NCBI GenBank assembly: GCA_963706595.1
Contig: OY970166.1
Location: 5,024,001 to 5,088,000, forward strand
Source: an uncultured cyanobacterium
GTDB taxonomy: Bacteria > Cyanobacteriota > Cyanobacteriia > Cyanobacteriales > Nostocaceae
Direction of reading: 5' to 3'
DNA length: 64,000 nucleotides
This document shows positions 61,890 through 64,000 of this stretch, piece by piece. A program made the translations under genes and the position numbers. Position 1 is the first letter of the stretch. Each line of letters opens with the position of its first letter. Below the pieces are notes generated by a model, which saw only the letters and a program-made list of their open reading frames with translations, was not told the DNA's origin and searched no databases.

Positions 61890-63542
61890 CTAACCAGCCC
61901 TCAGATTTAATAACTCATTTACCACCTGCTCTTCAAACAGGTCATCACCATACAGACTAGTATTCCTCCTTCTCTTCCAAGCATAAGCAGCTAGAGCTAG
62001 TGCCATCACGCAGTCAGTAGCCAACCCTTTATCATCCAGTTTATAGAACCTCAGCTCAGTCTTAAGCTGTTTCAATCTATCCTGCTCATCATAAGGAATT
62101 ACCAGCTTTGCTTTCTCAACCACACCAGCAAGATTACTCAGCATTAAAGTTTTGTGATTGTGCTTTTGATTCTTACCTGGTTTCTTTGTGCTGTTGATAG
62201 GGATACATAACTCAGCATCAGCAGCAGGTAGCTCCTTCTCTATTGACTCCTTCAGGTACTGTCCTGAGAGCGCTGTGGCATCATAATATAAGTCACCAGG
62301 GAATTGGGCTAACCTACGTTTAATCCTTTCTATGACTCCATTCTGGTCAAACAGAGGTGTCTTGCTAATTCTTTCAAAAGCAACAATACGCAGCTCTCTG
62401 TCAATATACTGTAGTGTGATCAAAACTGTGCTGTCACCATTAGTAGAACCTGCCACATCCACACCTGTAAAGAACTGTGATGTTGGTCCACCTTTAGGCA
62501 GGTATGGATATTCCAAACTAGCACCATGCTCAGGCAAGCAGTGACCTGTAACTGGATCATCTTCTGGAAAGAAGCAAGTATGCCTTTCACCATTCTCAAC
62601 AGCTTTGTCTAAATAATTACCAGCAAAGAAAGTAGAACCATAGTTAGCAAACTTGCCATAGACTTCTTCTCTGACTTGAGCTTGAGTCATGTTAACCATG
62701 TTAGCTCTAATGGTTTCTTCAGGGTTACATGGGTTATCAAACTGACTAAACTCAGCAATAACTACTGAGGTATCTTTTTTCAGCCTGCGTTCTTTAAACT
62801 CTGCCCACATCTTTCTGAAGTAAATAGCCCCGCAACCAGCACTATCACCTTCCCCTTGTGGAGTTGATATAAAATACTTACGTCCACTAACTTCAGTACC
62901 TCTGACATTAAGTATCTTCATTCTTAAATGTTCCAAAGCATACTCACTGGCAGCCTCATCTAAGGTGCTTATATCCAAATAGAAACCCAGAATAAATCTA
63001 CCTCTTTGAACAGTAGCTTGAAACCAAATAATACTGTTAAAGCAAGTTTCTATAAAAGGTTGCTGTCCATCAGAGATATGCTTAATGAACCCTATGCTAG
63101 TCAGGAAGGGGCTATCATTAACTAGGTTGAGTATTTCATCCTTCACTAACTTTGCTTGCTTTAGAGAAGGCGCACAGTTAATTGACTGAAACCTTTTAGT
63201 GTGATCACCATAGAAAGGAGAGCTAGTAGGTCTTTTCCTATAGAATAAAAACCATAAGTGCATGAGTGCAGTAACAAAAGTTTTACCACTTCTACTGCCT
63301 GCTTTTAGCACTCCTTCTTGTGCATTCACAGCTTGCTTAAGCCATTGTCTCTGCTTAGGATGACCTTTTACTATTGCACCTGTTTCAGGATGTACACGTT
63401 CAATTTCACTGAGGTAATGGTTAACCTTTTCACCTAGAAAATACTTTACAAATAAGTTGGGATCATTAGCACCAGCAATATACTGATATCTTAATGTATC
63501 TGATTTAAGAATACCTTCTAAATCACTTGGTATAGTTAACAT
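61890..63542 (-). CDS. terL: phage terminase large subunit
   Basis: Q-motif HPKQ, Walker A AGSRSGKT, Walker B STLDEAA, coupling motif ISTP, nuclease GVDVA..D.T, YDAT, DCVMALALA. Confidence 0.88.
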   Translation of the reverse strand: MLTIPSDLEGILKSDTLRYQYIAGANDPNLFVKYFLGEKVNHYLSEIERVHPETGAIVKGHPKQRQWLKQAVNAQEGVLKAGSRSGKTFVTALMHLWFLFYRKRPTSSPFYGDHTKRFQSINCAPSLKQAKLVKDEILNLVNDSPFLTSIGFIKHISDGQQPFIETCFNSIIWFQATVQRGRFILGFYLDISTLDEAASEYALEHLRMKILNVRGTEVSGRKYFISTPQGEGDSAGCGAIYFRKMWAEFKERRLKKDTSVVIAEFSQFDNPCNPEETIRANMVNMTQAQVREEVYGKFANYGSTFFAGNYLDKAVENGERHTCFFPEDDPVTGHCLPEHGASLEYPYLPKGGPTSQFFTGVDVAGSTNGDSTVLITLQYIDRELRIVAFERISKTPLFDQNGVIERIKRRLAQFPGDLYYDATALSGQYLKESIEKELPAADAELCIPINSTKKPGKNQKHNHKTLMLSNLAGVVEKAKLVIPYDEQDRLKQLKTELRFYKLDDKGLATDCVMALALAAYAWKRRRNTSLYGDDLFEEQVVNELLNLRAG

Positions 63543-64000
63543 TAGTCATCATTCTCCAACTCATATTCAATTTCTACATCTGCTGATTTAAGAGCAAGTA
63601 AGTCATCAACTCTAGCTTCAGGGTTAGCACTTAAGTATCCTTTCACTAAGTCCTGTATAAGTTCTTTGGGGTCTACACTTAGCTGAGTATAAAGGGCTTG
63701 AAGGGTAACTTCATTTTCATTCTTATCTCTCAAATCTTTTTTAGTTTTCAAGGTAGCATTGATTTGAGCTTGATGAATCTGAATAACTTTAGATAAATCA
63801 GTGATAGCTTTACTAAGACCATTGATATTATTAGTAATTACCTCTACTTCTCTAGCAGAAGAATCAGTTGCAGAAGTAGATAATTGTACTGCTGCTTCAT
63901 ACCTATCCATTAATTCTGTTTGATGATCAATGAGGCGACTTAGCATAGCATCAGATAACATAATGCTATTGTCTAGTAAAGTTTCTTTAGAGTAATCTGT
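63542..64000 (-). CDS. coiled-coil protein, possible terminase small subunit (5' end outside the window)
   Basis: TAATG stop/start overlap with terL; the frame stays open to position 64000 (TDYSKETLLDNSI-M). Confidence 0.5.
   Translation of the reverse strand, partial: TDYSKETLLDNSIMLSDAMLSRLIDHQTELMDRYEAAVQLSTSATDSSAREVEVITNNINGLSKAITDLSKVIQIHQAQINATLKTKKDLRDKNENEVTLQALYTQLSVDPKELIQDLVKGYLSANPEARVDDLLALKSADVEIEYELENDD

Larger units (their letters stand above)
60948..64000. mobile_element. edge of a prophage or phage-like element (continues past the window)
   Basis: Terminase gene, tRNA boundary, loss of HIP1, strong CpG depletion. Confidence 0.75.

Overview
This is a chromosomal segment of a filamentous cyanobacterium, most likely Nostocales: HIP1 sites (GCGATCGC) are abundant, along with 7-bp STRR tandem repeats, GTAG-type REP-like palindromes and several MITE families. 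Most of it is core genome (hisIE, hemL, recA with a LexA box, sfsA, NDH-2, mutS, bioF, ruvA, spp, xseAB, pedR, an LCP protein, a carotenoid oxygenase, a nitrilase and an HCP). The accessory or unusual elements are: (1) a TnpB-less IS200/IS605-type mini-element inserted precisely into the right end of another such element (3.4-3.7 kb); (2) an ABC-ATPase + TOPRIM-like DUF4276 cassette bracketed by a duplicated, HIP1-containing ~62-bp sequence next to mutS; (3) a 193-bp inverted repeat pair 31.6 kb apart; (4) a solitary CrfC-like dynamin; (5) a three-gene split NLR-like module (STAND NTPase, helical domain + 12 near-identical WD40 repeats with hypervariable positions, and a second NTPase with a degenerate Walker B) that ends on tRNA-Ala(GGC); and (6) beyond that tRNA, the edge of a strongly CpG-depleted, HIP1-free prophage-like region with a terminase large subunit. 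All calls come from reading the sequence by eye, with no database searches. Several start codons were moved from the ORF track to more plausible internal starts.
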